DNA from: a virus
Lineage: Duplodnaviria; Caudoviricetes
Length of the DNA: 64,000 nt
IMG/VR virus record: IMGVR_UViG_3300049988_000286
Coordinates: 435,573 to 499,572 of that record
Reading direction: 5' to 3' (one strand)
The notes beneath the pieces were generated by a model. It had not been told where the DNA came from, searched no databases, and worked only from the letters and a program-made list of their open reading frames with translations. A program made the position numbers and the translations under genes. The first letter of the stretch is position 1. The number at the start of each line of letters is the position of its first letter. Below, piece after piece: positions 1 to 8,508 of the stretch.

Positions 1-298
1 AGCGCTCGATCTCTTCTATCTCGTCGATCTCTTCCTCTTCATCCTGCTCGGCTGAAACTTCGGCAAGCGCGCGGTCGAGATGAACGTCCTCACCCTCGGC
101 GTCGTGGAGGAGATGGATGTCGTTGCCCTGTTCGAGCAAAACGCGGATCATCTGCGCGGCGGCATCCTGCCTGTCACCCATCGGGATGAACTCGTAAACT
201 GCCTCCCAGAGGAGGTATAGGAATCGTGCTTCGTCGTTCATGATTGTTTTTCCAAGTTTGCTAATCAGATATACAGAGGTGCCGAGCACGCTCTCAAT

Positions 299-325
299 AA
301 AAAACGGGGAGGTCTTGCCTCCCCG
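299..325 (-). terminator. Intrinsic terminator downstream of uvsX
   Basis: 8-bp stem CGGGGAGG/CCTCCCCG (305-325) with a T-run on the minus strand (A-run 299-304). Confidence 0.7.
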
Positions 326-331
326 CCCCTT

Positions 332-1447
332 TTATTCCTCGTCCGAGATTGCGACGGCGACGGTATCGTCGTCGGGCTCATCACCCTCGCCACTGACGAC
401 AGCGGCAATCTCCGCGTTTTCCCAGTGATGCCAATCCTCAATGATCTGATCGAGGATGCCCTTCGGGCGGAAATCCTTGCGCCATTCCTTGATGATCTCG
501 CCCGTCTCTGGCGAGGTATAGGTCCAACGCTGGCCATCCTTCTGGATCACGCCCTTTGCTACGAACAGATCGAACAGGCCCGAATAGGGGTTCATACCTT
601 CCTGATAAGGGATGTCGATCTTGATCTTCTCGAAGGGTTTCGCGTAACGAGACTTGCGCACCACCGCAGTTGAGCGGATACCACGCACAACGCCGCCGAC
701 GAGCTTCTTGCCCTCGTCATCCTCTTTGAGGAGATATTTGTTCATCTGGACGATGACCGACGAAGCGAATTCGAGCATCTTGCCGCCGGGAATCTTATCC
801 GGCTGATACTGATCCTGCGAGTCCATCACGTGGTTGGTCGCGAGAAGTCCGATCGGCTCGCTGGCGATCTTGGCCATGGTGACGCGCAACATCGCGGTCA
901 TCTGCTTGGCCTTGATACCCATGTCGCCCTTCTGATCACCCTCCTCATACTGACGAATCTGGTTCGGCGTGATCAACATGCCGAGCGAATCGATGATGAT
1001 CAGGATACGGGGACGATCCGCATAAGGCTTGCTTGAATGCTCCGCCTTGTAGGCATCGATGATCGTCGAAATGCCTTGCGACACATCGTCGATCGTAGCG
1101 CCGCTTACCTTCTCCATGAAGGAAACATCGACACCGAGCGAGGTCATCCAGCTTTCATCGAGAGCGTTCTCGGTGTCGAAGACGAACGGGAACACATTCT
1201 GTGCCTGACAGCTTTTGACGATGTTCGCGGATGTGATGTACGACTTACCCGAGCCGGAGTCACCGGCGAACATAGTGAACTTCCCTTCAAGCGGCACACC
1301 ACCTTTGAAGTCGCCACAGATCAGGTAGTTCAGTGCATAGCAGCCCGTGCTCAACCAAGTCGTAGGATCATTGAAGCCGGTAGACAGACCGGGGATCGAC
1401 TTAGCGACGGACTTACGAAATTTTGATAGATCGATTGGTGTCTTCAT
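332..1447 (-). CDS. uvsX: UvsX/RecA-like recombinase
   Basis: 371 aa; Walker A GDSGSGKS, Walker B IIIDSLG, STGCYALNYLICG and FDTENAL motifs typical of T4 UvsX; adjacent to SSB. Confidence 0.92.
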   Translation of the reverse strand: MKTPIDLSKFRKSVAKSIPGLSTGFNDPTTWLSTGCYALNYLICGDFKGGVPLEGKFTMFAGDSGSGKSYITSANIVKSCQAQNVFPFVFDTENALDESWMTSLGVDVSFMEKVSGATIDDVSQGISTIIDAYKAEHSSKPYADRPRILIIIDSLGMLITPNQIRQYEEGDQKGDMGIKAKQMTAMLRVTMAKIASEPIGLLATNHVMDSQDQYQPDKIPGGKMLEFASSVIVQMNKYLLKEDDEGKKLVGGVVRGIRSTAVVRKSRYAKPFEKIKIDIPYQEGMNPYSGLFDLFVAKGVIQKDGQRWTYTSPETGEIIKEWRKDFRPKGILDQIIEDWHHWENAEIAAVVSGEGDEPDDDTVAVAISDEE

Positions 1448-1468
1448 TACTCCACCTAGTTTAGAGAC

Positions 1469-1498
1469 AAAAACGGAGAGGAGGGTTAGTCCTCTCCG
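1469..1498 (-). terminator. Intrinsic terminator between SSB and uvsX
   Basis: 9-bp stem CGGAGAGGA/TCCTCTCCG followed by TTTTT on the minus strand. Confidence 0.65.
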
Positions 1499-1523
1499 CC
1501 AAGTTTAGGAGTTATCCGTCAGA

Positions 1524-2504
1524 TTACTCGGTCGGAGCGCGGCTGGTGCCGAGGCGGAGACGGTCGAGGACCGCCTTTGCGCCTTCCTTGCCGCCCGTGC
1601 CCGTGGTCAGCGCTGCCGCCGTGGCGACCTGTGCCGTCGAGGCAGCCGCACTCGGGGCACCACCACCCGTGGCCGGAGCCTTCGTAGCGCCATTGCTGTC
1701 GCTGCGAGCGCCGTAGGGGCGGAAATACTGGCCATACGACTCCATGTCGTAGGGGAGGCCGTCCATCGAATCCTTGAGCATCGACTTCAGAGCCTCGATC
1801 GCGTCAGCCGAAGGGACTGCACCGAGCGCGTCCTTGAGGTTGAAGAGACCGTGGGTGTCGATCGCCGAACGCTCTACCTCGTTGAGCGAGCGCGAGTTCA
1901 TCGAGAACTTCGAAGACGAGTAGTTGGCCCACTCACCCTTCTGGGTCTTCTTGATGGTGAAATCGCGACCACCGTCATAGTCGGTCGGCATGTCGGCGAG
2001 ATCGGGATCGAGCAGCGCCTCATACACGATGTCGTAGATCGACTTGTTGATGACGAAGCGGCGGATCGGGTTCTCGGGGGCGTTCTCCTCCTGAAGGGGA
2101 GAGTTGGTCACGAGACCCTGAAAGATGAACGAACGCTTCTTGTAATAGACGCGCGCCAAGTCCTTGGTCTCTTCCTTGTCCCACAGGTGCTTGGTAGCAG
2201 CGACGATCGGGCACTTCATGCCGAACATGTCGATGCAGGGAACCGTAACGGTCACGTCCTTGTCGGTGGGGAAATCACCCCCGACGACACCCGAGAACGG
2301 AAGCTTGATGACTTCACGCTTGACCCAGAAATAGTCGTTGGTGGTATCGGCATCCGGGAGGAACCGGATCGTGGCGCTCTGGTTGGTGGGAATGTCCCAG
2401 AAGGGGTAGCTGGCGTTATCGCCGCCGGTGCCCTTGGAACGGGTCTGCTGGTCGCCCTTCGAGGCGGTTTCGCGCAGCTTTGCGCGCAGTGCTTCCATGC
2501 TCAT
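1524..2504 (-). CDS. T4 gp32-like single-stranded DNA-binding protein
   Basis: Start reassigned to MSMEALRAKL (326 aa); ATIRFLPDAD, CIDMFGMKCP, GRDFTIKKTQKGEWANYSSSKF motifs of gp32-like SSBs; next to uvsX. Confidence 0.85.
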   Translation of the reverse strand: MSMEALRAKLRETASKGDQQTRSKGTGGDNASYPFWDIPTNQSATIRFLPDADTTNDYFWVKREVIKLPFSGVVGGDFPTDKDVTVTVPCIDMFGMKCPIVAATKHLWDKEETKDLARVYYKKRSFIFQGLVTNSPLQEENAPENPIRRFVINKSIYDIVYEALLDPDLADMPTDYDGGRDFTIKKTQKGEWANYSSSKFSMNSRSLNEVERSAIDTHGLFNLKDALGAVPSADAIEALKSMLKDSMDGLPYDMESYGQYFRPYGARSDSNGATKAPATGGGAPSAAASTAQVATAAALTTGTGGKEGAKAVLDRLRLGTSRAPTE

Positions 2505-2665
2505 TCTATACTTGCCTTTTATATGCCTTTGGCTGGTGCCACAGGTCTTTGCCTTGATTTTGTTACTATGCCATGCGGGGTGGAGAAGGTTCAATTTCTT
2601 TTCCCAGCATTCTATTTATCTTCGCGAACTTGATCCAAGGGGACTTTTATTCAAAACGCGCAAAT

Positions 2666-2701
2666 AAAAAGGGGCGGTAACCCAATAAGGATTACCACCC
2701 C
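2666..2701 (-). terminator. Intrinsic terminator
   Basis: Minus strand GGGGTGGTAATCC-TTATT-GGGTTACCGCCCC-TTTTT. Confidence 0.7.
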
Positions 2702-2725
2702 GAAGGTCGGTCTGCGATATTTACT

Positions 2726-4120
2726 TTAGCGCATTGGACGCTGGTTTGTCTGACGGCTGCTGTGCGCGAGGCCTACGATGCGATCAACATCGGCTTCCGA
2801 GGTGTCACTGACTACCTCGTGGGCGAAATCGTCCTCGGGATCGCTCGGGAGGAGCACGTCCTCGGTGGTGAGATCGTCTTCTGCCTCGATGATCGGCTCC
2901 TCTGTGGGAACCATGTCGTCAAGCGGCTCATCGGTCATCTCGTCGCTCTCCGGCACCTCGACGTTCCAGCCCGCATCGGTCATGGTCACGATCACGTCGC
3001 TGATTACCTCATCGGCGATCGTCGATGCATCTTTCTCGTTCGGGTATTCGGTTCCGTCGAGAGCATCCTCGATCTCCTGACGGAGGTAGGAGACCAGTGA
3101 TCCGCGCAGGGTCTCGAAGTCGAGCACGCGATCTTCGTCGGCCAGCGTGTCGTCGTTGTAGTTGAAGTCATCACCGGAATCGGTCAGGAACGCGTCTGCG
3201 GAGAAATTGTCACGCACCGTTGAGAGAGCGATGTCGGTCGCCTGATCGAAGTCTCCGGTGTGCTCGTAGCCGGGCTGATGCTGACGGCGCAGGAGGCGCT
3301 CGACACGCTCGTCCTCGAAGATCGCAACACTGGACAGGCTGTCGAACCAGCGCCCAAATCCACGCATGGATTCCGTCATGATCACGCCGCCCTCGTTGTA
3401 GGTTTCCCAGATGTCCTTGGGCGCGACCGTTTCCTCAACCGCAACGGCATCAGCCTTATATGCGAGTTCAACAGCGCGCTTGGCGACGTTCTTGAGCAGC
3501 TTGCTCTCCGAACCATGCGAGAGCGCATCGGCGACGCGCGACAGCATGTTGGACATACCATCGGCGCGGACCTTGCTCACAAGGGCCATCAAACGACGCA
3601 TCATCTCATCCGGGATACGCTCGTTCTCGACGGGAGGGGAAACGAGGTGAAGGTACTGCCCGTTCTTGAACGCTTCCCAGTCAGCGGCTTCAACGCTGCA
3701 TCCCAGCGCAGGAAGCTCGATCATCGGGATTTCCTTCTTCTCATTCAGTGTCGTCATCGTCTCATCTCCTGTGTGGTTCTCTTCGATCGCGTTGGGGGCC
3801 AAGTCCTTCGGTTTCAGCACGCGATCCTGCTGACGAACATTGAAGCGGACATTGAATTTGCTCACGGTGACACGCATGGTTGCGATCAATCCCGTGATGG
3901 TGCGAGCGCTCGTTCCCTTCGAAAGGAACATCATCACCTTGCTGTTCTCGCCATCTTCATGGATCGACACCGTGATGTTGTTGGGCTGTGCGAAGAAACG
4001 TCGGGCTTCAGTAGGCTCATAGACCTGATTACCGTCGAAGTCGAAGATGTCTACGGTGTAGTCATAGCTACGCAGAATCTTGAACACCTCGGTAGCAAGG
4101 ATTGCGGGATTGAACATCAA
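2726..4120 (-). CDS. Hypothetical protein with acidic C-terminus, possibly virion/prohead associated
   Basis: 464 aa ORF, very Asp/Glu-rich C-terminal half, several xNE/xTE motifs resembling prohead protease sites; function not identified. Confidence 0.5.
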   Translation of the reverse strand: MMFNPAILATEVFKILRSYDYTVDIFDFDGNQVYEPTEARRFFAQPNNITVSIHEDGENSKVMMFLSKGTSARTITGLIATMRVTVSKFNVRFNVRQQDRVLKPKDLAPNAIEENHTGDETMTTLNEKKEIPMIELPALGCSVEAADWEAFKNGQYLHLVSPPVENERIPDEMMRRLMALVSKVRADGMSNMLSRVADALSHGSESKLLKNVAKRAVELAYKADAVAVEETVAPKDIWETYNEGGVIMTESMRGFGRWFDSLSSVAIFEDERVERLLRRQHQPGYEHTGDFDQATDIALSTVRDNFSADAFLTDSGDDFNYNDDTLADEDRVLDFETLRGSLVSYLRQEIEDALDGTEYPNEKDASTIADEVISDVIVTMTDAGWNVEVPESDEMTDEPLDDMVPTEEPIIEAEDDLTTEDVLLPSDPEDDFAHEVVSDTSEADVDRIVGLAHSSRQTNQRPMR

Positions 4121-4950
4121 TGAGCCTCTTGTGATTTATCGGTGTATTTAGCCATTTCCGTCCAGAACAAATCGAACAGTTGCTTCAAGCGTGAAATTGC
4201 TCGGCGGCGATTACGCTCGTTCAGTTTGGACCAATGCTGCTTCACGACGGCATGATCACTCCATTGCGCGACATGCTTTGCCATATAGTCTCGGAAGTCG
4301 CGGGGCAGATCATCGAAAAACTCGATTGCGGCAGAGTCGCGCTTCAACCAGCGAAGACGATCAAGCAGTGGCTCGGCAAGATTGTGGAAGAAAGCGTTCG
4401 TCTCCAAGGCGTCATTATGGTACAGGGTCGCTTGTGCATCGCGGTGGAGGCGCAACTCGGCGTCATCCATCTTCGATGTGTCGGTCTTCTTCATGGCGAC
4501 AATTGCCCGATTGGCGATCCCGGCTTTGTCCTTAAAGCGAGTGTAGTCGAGGATGTGTTGAAGTTCATGACGAAGTGTGGTGCGGACGTTGGTCGAGGTC
4601 ACAGAGAAGGACAATGACTGGAGAGTTGAGCAATCCGCCTGAACAGTCACGACGTAGCGCGCCCTGCCGATTGGCGTTTGCAGCACGGCGGCGGTTCCAC
4701 TGACATCAGGGTACTGGCTATCGATGAAGATGAGAAGGAAACTCTTGAGTATTGCAGGGACATCAAGAGCCTCACTCGCAATGCAATAATGGTCATTGCC
4801 ATTGTACTCTGCGGTGGCGAGATGCTTGAGCGAACCGCCCGACTTTGACAATTTGAACAAGTAACTGGACAAAGCTTGGATGAACTCATTAGCGAGATCG
4901 CTTCGGCGAAGATCACTCGCGGCGTCTTCGTAGAGGTTGGTGAGGCGCAT
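4117..4950 (-). CDS. Zincin-like (HExxH) protein with capsid-targeting-like N-terminus
   Basis: Start MRLTNLYEDA 4 nt after TAAATA; RHELQH motif plus downstream YHNDALETNA. Confidence 0.6.
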   Translation of the reverse strand: MRLTNLYEDAASDLRRSDLANEFIQALSSYLFKLSKSGGSLKHLATAEYNGNDHYCIASEALDVPAILKSFLLIFIDSQYPDVSGTAAVLQTPIGRARYVVTVQADCSTLQSLSFSVTSTNVRTTLRHELQHILDYTRFKDKAGIANRAIVAMKKTDTSKMDDAELRLHRDAQATLYHNDALETNAFFHNLAEPLLDRLRWLKRDSAAIEFFDDLPRDFRDYMAKHVAQWSDHAVVKQHWSKLNERNRRRAISRLKQLFDLFWTEMAKYTDKSQEAH

Positions 4951-4954
4951 CCAA

Positions 4955-4969
4955 TATTTAGGGTAAATA
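4955..4969. promoter_or_regulatory. Back-to-back TAAATA late-promoter boxes
   Basis: TATTTA-GGG-TAAATA between the divergent zincin gene and def. Confidence 0.65.
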
Positions 4970-5003
4970 CCCGGCATTGATCCGCGTCAGTAAAGGATTG
5001 TAT

Positions 5004-5543
5004 ATGAACGACTTTTCATCAATCCCTACGCTTTCCGAGGTGCGTCTCCTCCCCGATACCCATGCCATGCTCGCCGAACGACAGCCGGTCTTCGATTTCA
5101 CCCAAGACGGCAAAGATGCAGCAAAGCTGGCCGATCTTCTCACCGCCGCAATGCTGCGCTTCGGCGGAATCGGTCTTGCCGCCAACCAGATCGGTATTCC
5201 CACTCGCGCGTTCGCGATGATGATGCACGATCGCCCGGTTGTCCTGTTCAACCCTGTTTTGCTTGAACTCGACGCAGAGACGGTATCGTTAGAGGAGGGC
5301 TGCTTGACCTTCCCTGATCTCTTCCTCAACATCGCGCGGCCACGGGGTTGTCGCGTCATCTACCACGATCCCACTGGTCAACGCACCAACGATGTCCTTG
5401 ACGGCTGGGATGCACGCGTCGCCATGCATGAGATCGATCATCTTGATGGCGTGGTATTTACGAGCAAGGCCTCCCGCCTTCATCTCCAGATGCAACGAGA
5501 GCGTCTTCGCAAGGCGAAGAAGAAGGCTGCGCGTCGCAAATGA
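5004..5543 (+). CDS. def: Peptide deformylase
   Basis: All three PDF motifs: GIGLAANQ, EGCLT, HEIDHLDG; SD-like AAGGA upstream of ATG 5004. Confidence 0.93.
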   Translation: MNDFSSIPTLSEVRLLPDTHAMLAERQPVFDFTQDGKDAAKLADLLTAAMLRFGGIGLAANQIGIPTRAFAMMMHDRPVVLFNPVLLELDAETVSLEEGCLTFPDLFLNIARPRGCRVIYHDPTGQRTNDVLDGWDARVAMHEIDHLDGVVFTSKASRLHLQMQRERLRKAKKKAARRK

Positions 5544-5579
5544 ATTGACACGGTGAGTTCGCTCCAGTAGTGGATTGCG

Positions 5580-5780
5580 ATGGATGCAAGTGAACTCAAC
5601 GATCGCATGGTCGAGATCGTCTCGGGGGAATTTTCGGGCTTCGTCGGCTTGGCCGAGGATCGCAACGAGCATGGCTGGATCGGCGTCGTGCTCGATGCCG
5701 TTGATCCCGAGGACGATCGCGTCGTATATCCGGTCCTGCCGGAGGACGTGATCATCCGGCCTGACTTGGAAGGAAACTGA
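5580..5780 (+). CDS. Hypothetical protein
   Basis: 66 aa ORF downstream of a TTGACA promoter-like element at 5545. Confidence 0.45.
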   Translation: MDASELNDRMVEIVSGEFSGFVGLAEDRNEHGWIGVVLDAVDPEDDRVVYPVLPEDVIIRPDLEGN

Positions 5781-6168
5781 AATGCCTTGGCCTTTGGTGC
5801 AGAGCGGTCCGAACAAGAACCAGCCTCGTTCGCGCAACGCAAAGACCGGTCGCATCCGGAAAAAGCACGTTTTCACAGCCCCGTCGCCGCCGCCGAGCGA
5901 TCCCAAATCGTCCTGATTTTACGCTTGCCTCGCGGGATCGGGCGCGGCAATTAGGCCGCGTTATCAACGAATCAGGATCGAGCATGGCACAGCGTGACGG
6001 GTGGTATTGGGTTCGTCTCAAGCCGCGTGAGTGGACGGTGGCGCGTTTCAGCAATGGCCTTTGGAACCACGGCAATAGATCGATTACCGCTTCGACGATC
6101 ATCGATCTTGGACCCTATTATATGCCTTTAGCGGCCTGACCCACGGGAGGGCGGGCGCTAAATACAGG

Positions 6169-6705
6169 ATGCGCCTTGCCCTCCTCGCCATTCTGCTACT
6201 CACGGGTTGCACCACCACTAGGGTGACTCTTCCCCAGCGTAGTGCCACCGAACAACTCCTCATCAGCGAAGCCGCCGAAGCTGCTGCTGTCGCGATCCAC
6301 CTCAATCTCGGCTCTCGCAAAGCTTTCCTCGATACCACCAACTTCGAGGGGGTGGATGCCCGCTACGCCATGTCGGCGATCCGGGAATCCCTGCTACGGC
6401 AGGGTAATGCGATCGTTGACAACCGTGACCTCGCCGATACCATCATTGAGGTGAGGGCAGGAGCGCTATCGATAGACAGTGCCACAAAGGTGCTCGGTAT
6501 TCCGAGCGTCGATGTCCCTCGCTTCTTTATCCCCGGCCTCAACATCGTTTCGCGCACCCGCAACACCGGCGTGGCCCGCTTCTCACTCTTTGCCTACGAT
6601 CGCGCTACCGGGAAACTGGTAGCCTTGGTGGCACCGGTGACCGGTTACAGCCGCCGTGACACCAAATCGTTTGGGAGCGTCATCGCGTGGAGCGCGCAGC
6701 GGTGA
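6169..6705 (+). CDS. Lipoprotein under a late promoter
   Basis: Signal peptide with lipobox LLTG-C; TAAATA (6159-6164) 4 nt before ATG. Confidence 0.7.
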   Translation: MRLALLAILLLTGCTTTRVTLPQRSATEQLLISEAAEAAAVAIHLNLGSRKAFLDTTNFEGVDARYAMSAIRESLLRQGNAIVDNRDLADTIIEVRAGALSIDSATKVLGIPSVDVPRFFIPGLNIVSRTRNTGVARFSLFAYDRATGKLVALVAPVTGYSRRDTKSFGSVIAWSAQR

Positions 6706-7523
6706 TGCGTGACCTCATCAATCTGATCGAGGGGGCGGGCGTCACCTACCGGGTTTCACAAGGACCAGACACCTACCGCTTCATTTACGATAATCATCCC
6801 AGCGTCTTCCATGACAAGAGGATCAAGTACTTTGATCCCAAGGAGAGCGTGAGGGAGATTCACGTGATCGCAGAAATGGGTGATCTCGTAATCGGCATGG
6901 CGGGAATGCAAGTCAATCCGCATGATACGGAGCAACTCTGGATTAAGTTCATTTCGGTCGATCCCGCCTATCAAGGGCGCGGCATCGGCAAGACTCTCCT
7001 GCGCCACATCTACCTCTATGCTGATGAGCATGGCTTCAAGATGGCACCGGGGAGTTTCTCACCGGAGGGAGAGCGTTTACGCCATCTTCATGATGAATGG
7101 GATAAGGAATTCCCACGCGTCGCCTATGACCGTGACAAGAACGGTAACTACATGAACTCCAAGGGTCAGATCGTCCGCATGAACGAGGGTCATTCGTGGA
7201 GCCAGTGGGTGCGGCCCGGCGACGAGATGGTCACCATCGATGTCGAGAAGGTCAGGGCATCATGGGCGCTCGACCGAGACTTCTATTTCGATGATGGTGA
7301 CCACCCCAACGCGATCCGGGGACGGGTGTCTCGTTTCAACCAATGGCTGGAGCGCGGCGAAGCAATCGGCTTGCCTGAACTGTGCCTCAATCCATCCGGG
7401 GAGATTACCTTCATCAACGGTCGCCATCGGTTCGTGGCGCTGATGCAACGCGGCGTCGAGAGTCTCCCCGTCGCGGTTCCGGTAGATCAGGCTGACGAGT
7501 TTCGTCTGCGGTTCGGAAAATAG
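6705..7523 (+). CDS. GNAT acetyltransferase fused to a ParB/Srx-like domain
   Basis: Start MRDLINLIEG (TGATG overlap); GNAT motif A VDPAYQGRGIGKTLL; C-terminal INGRHRFVAL ParB-like motif. Confidence 0.7.
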   Translation: MRDLINLIEGAGVTYRVSQGPDTYRFIYDNHPSVFHDKRIKYFDPKESVREIHVIAEMGDLVIGMAGMQVNPHDTEQLWIKFISVDPAYQGRGIGKTLLRHIYLYADEHGFKMAPGSFSPEGERLRHLHDEWDKEFPRVAYDRDKNGNYMNSKGQIVRMNEGHSWSQWVRPGDEMVTIDVEKVRASWALDRDFYFDDGDHPNAIRGRVSRFNQWLERGEAIGLPELCLNPSGEITFINGRHRFVALMQRGVESLPVAVPVDQADEFRLRFGK

Positions 7524-7524
7524 T

Positions 7525-7557
7525 TGTTGACACCCAAAAGCTCGTGTGAGATAAATA
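7525..7557 (+). promoter_or_regulatory. Promoter of the Tyr/His tRNA cluster (TTGACA plus ATAAATA)
   Basis: TGTTGACACCC-N15-ATAAATA; same architecture at 18108-18140 on the minus strand. Confidence 0.7.
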
Positions 7558-7562
7558 CTCCT

Positions 7563-7607
7563 ATGAACACGCAGAGCCATCACACCTATTATCATTACCA
7601 CGCGTAA
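7563..7607 (+). CDS. His/Tyr-rich leader peptide MNTQSHHTYYHYHA
   Basis: ATG 5 nt after TAAATA; 7 of the last 9 codons are His or Tyr; followed by alternative hairpins and Tyr/His tRNAs. Confidence 0.7.
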   Translation: MNTQSHHTYYHYHA

Positions 7608-7643
7608 GCGGGGTCGTGGTAACGCGTCCTCGTTTCGGGGACG
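7595..7643 (+). promoter_or_regulatory. Attenuator-like alternative hairpins
   Basis: 1:2 TTACCACG(7595-7602)/CGTGGTAA(7615-7622); 2:3 CGGGGTCGTG-GTAA-CGCGTCCTCG (7609-7632); 3:4 CGTCCTCG/CGGGGACG (7625-7643). No U-tract after 3:4. Confidence 0.55.
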
Positions 7644-7728
7644 ATGAAGGTGTGAAAGAGCCAGCGTGGCACTCTCCCCATAGTTGAACCCGCGAAGACG
7701 CAGATGATTTGCGTATCATGTTGCTAGT

Positions 7729-7812
7729 GGGTCGGCTGGACACGAGTGAGTCCACCTGACTGTAAATCAGACGCTTTGGCTGTGAGGGTGCAAATTCCTT
7801 CCCGGCCCACCA
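7729..7812 (+). tRNA. tRNA-Tyr(GTA)
   Basis: Acceptor GGGTCGG/CCGGCCC, A73, encoded CCA, anticodon loop CTGTAAA, long variable arm; T-loop reads TGCAAATT rather than TTCRANT. Confidence 0.85.
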
Positions 7813-7837
7813 AGCAACCAAAGAACAGTGATCAGGT

Positions 7838-7911
7838 GCGGCCGAGGCTGACTTGGATGAGGCGCGCGGTTGTGATCCGCGAGATAGTGAGTTCGAACCT
7901 CACCGGTCGCC
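7838..7911 (+). tRNA. tRNA-His(GTG), copy 1
   Basis: Acceptor GCGGCCG/CGGTCGC, anticodon arm CGCGG-TTGTGAT-CCGCG, T arm GTGAG-TTCGAAC-CTCAC; -1 base is T, C73, CCA not encoded. Confidence 0.85.
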
Positions 7912-7930
7912 CCTGAACACTGTTCACCTT

Positions 7931-8024
7931 GGGAGGTGCCCCCGCTCGCCGGTTGTAACCCGGTGGTCTCTAATAAGGGTGGGAAGCATTGAGGCGATGG
8001 GTGCAATTCCTACACCTCCCACCA
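7931..8024 (+). ncRNA. Atypical D-armless tRNA-like RNA with GTA anticodon
   Basis: 8-bp acceptor GGGAGGTG/CACCTCCC plus ACCA, 4-bp T stem, arm GCCGG-TTGTAAC-CCGGT, 9-nt linker instead of a D arm, ~33-nt variable region. Confidence 0.65.
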
Positions 8025-8027
8025 CGT

Positions 8028-8102
8028 GGCGTTGGTAGCTCAATGGTAGAGCGCTCGATTGTGGATCGAGATACGCGGGTTCGATCCCCGTCCTTCGCCC
8101 CA
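8028..8102 (+). tRNA. tRNA-His(GTG), copy 2
   Basis: G-1:C73, D arm TAGCTCAATGGTAGAGC, anticodon arm CTCGA-TTGTGGA-TCGAG, GGTTCGATCC T arm, CCA; two U-U mismatches in the acceptor stem. Confidence 0.88.
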
Positions 8103-8130
8103 GACCTTCTAACAAGTCCCTAAATATGTC

Positions 8131-8508
8131 ATGCGCAACTTCATCGATATCGTCAACGAAACTGTTATGTCGGATTCCGACACCTACTATTATGTTGTTG
8201 GGAAGGTGCGCGACCTCTATACGATGAGGGCAACAATCGACGGCTATTGCGAAGATGGCGTGATCTACCTCGATCTTATTTCGGTAGACGATGCCGGTAA
8301 CGGTGTCGGCACAGAGATGATGAAGGAAATATGCTTCAACGCGGATGATCACCACATCGCCATAGAGCTTGAAGCGGGATCACACGGTCGAGGCAATATC
8401 AGTCAGAGAAAGCTGGAAGATTGGTATGGCCGGTTTGGTTTCAAGAAAACTGGCGCGGTCTCAAGCGAAGACCATCCCTATATGCGCAGAGAACCCTCTG
8501 CTACTTAA
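8131..8508 (+). CDS. GNAT-family acetyltransferase with capsid-targeting-like N-terminus
   Basis: MRNFIDIVNE start 4 nt after TAAATA; DAGNGVGTEMM motif A and WYGRFGF. Confidence 0.7.
   Translation: MRNFIDIVNETVMSDSDTYYYVVGKVRDLYTMRATIDGYCEDGVIYLDLISVDDAGNGVGTEMMKEICFNADDHHIAIELEAGSHGRGNISQRKLEDWYGRFGFKKTGAVSSEDHPYMRREPSAT

Noticed and set aside
7655-7725. Possible extra tRNA-like element between the His/Tyr attenuator and tRNA-Tyr (CAGCGTG/CATGTTG pairing, ACGCAG/TTGCGT hairpin)
   Set aside because: No anticodon arm, T-loop consensus or CCA; pairing relies on several G-U pairs.
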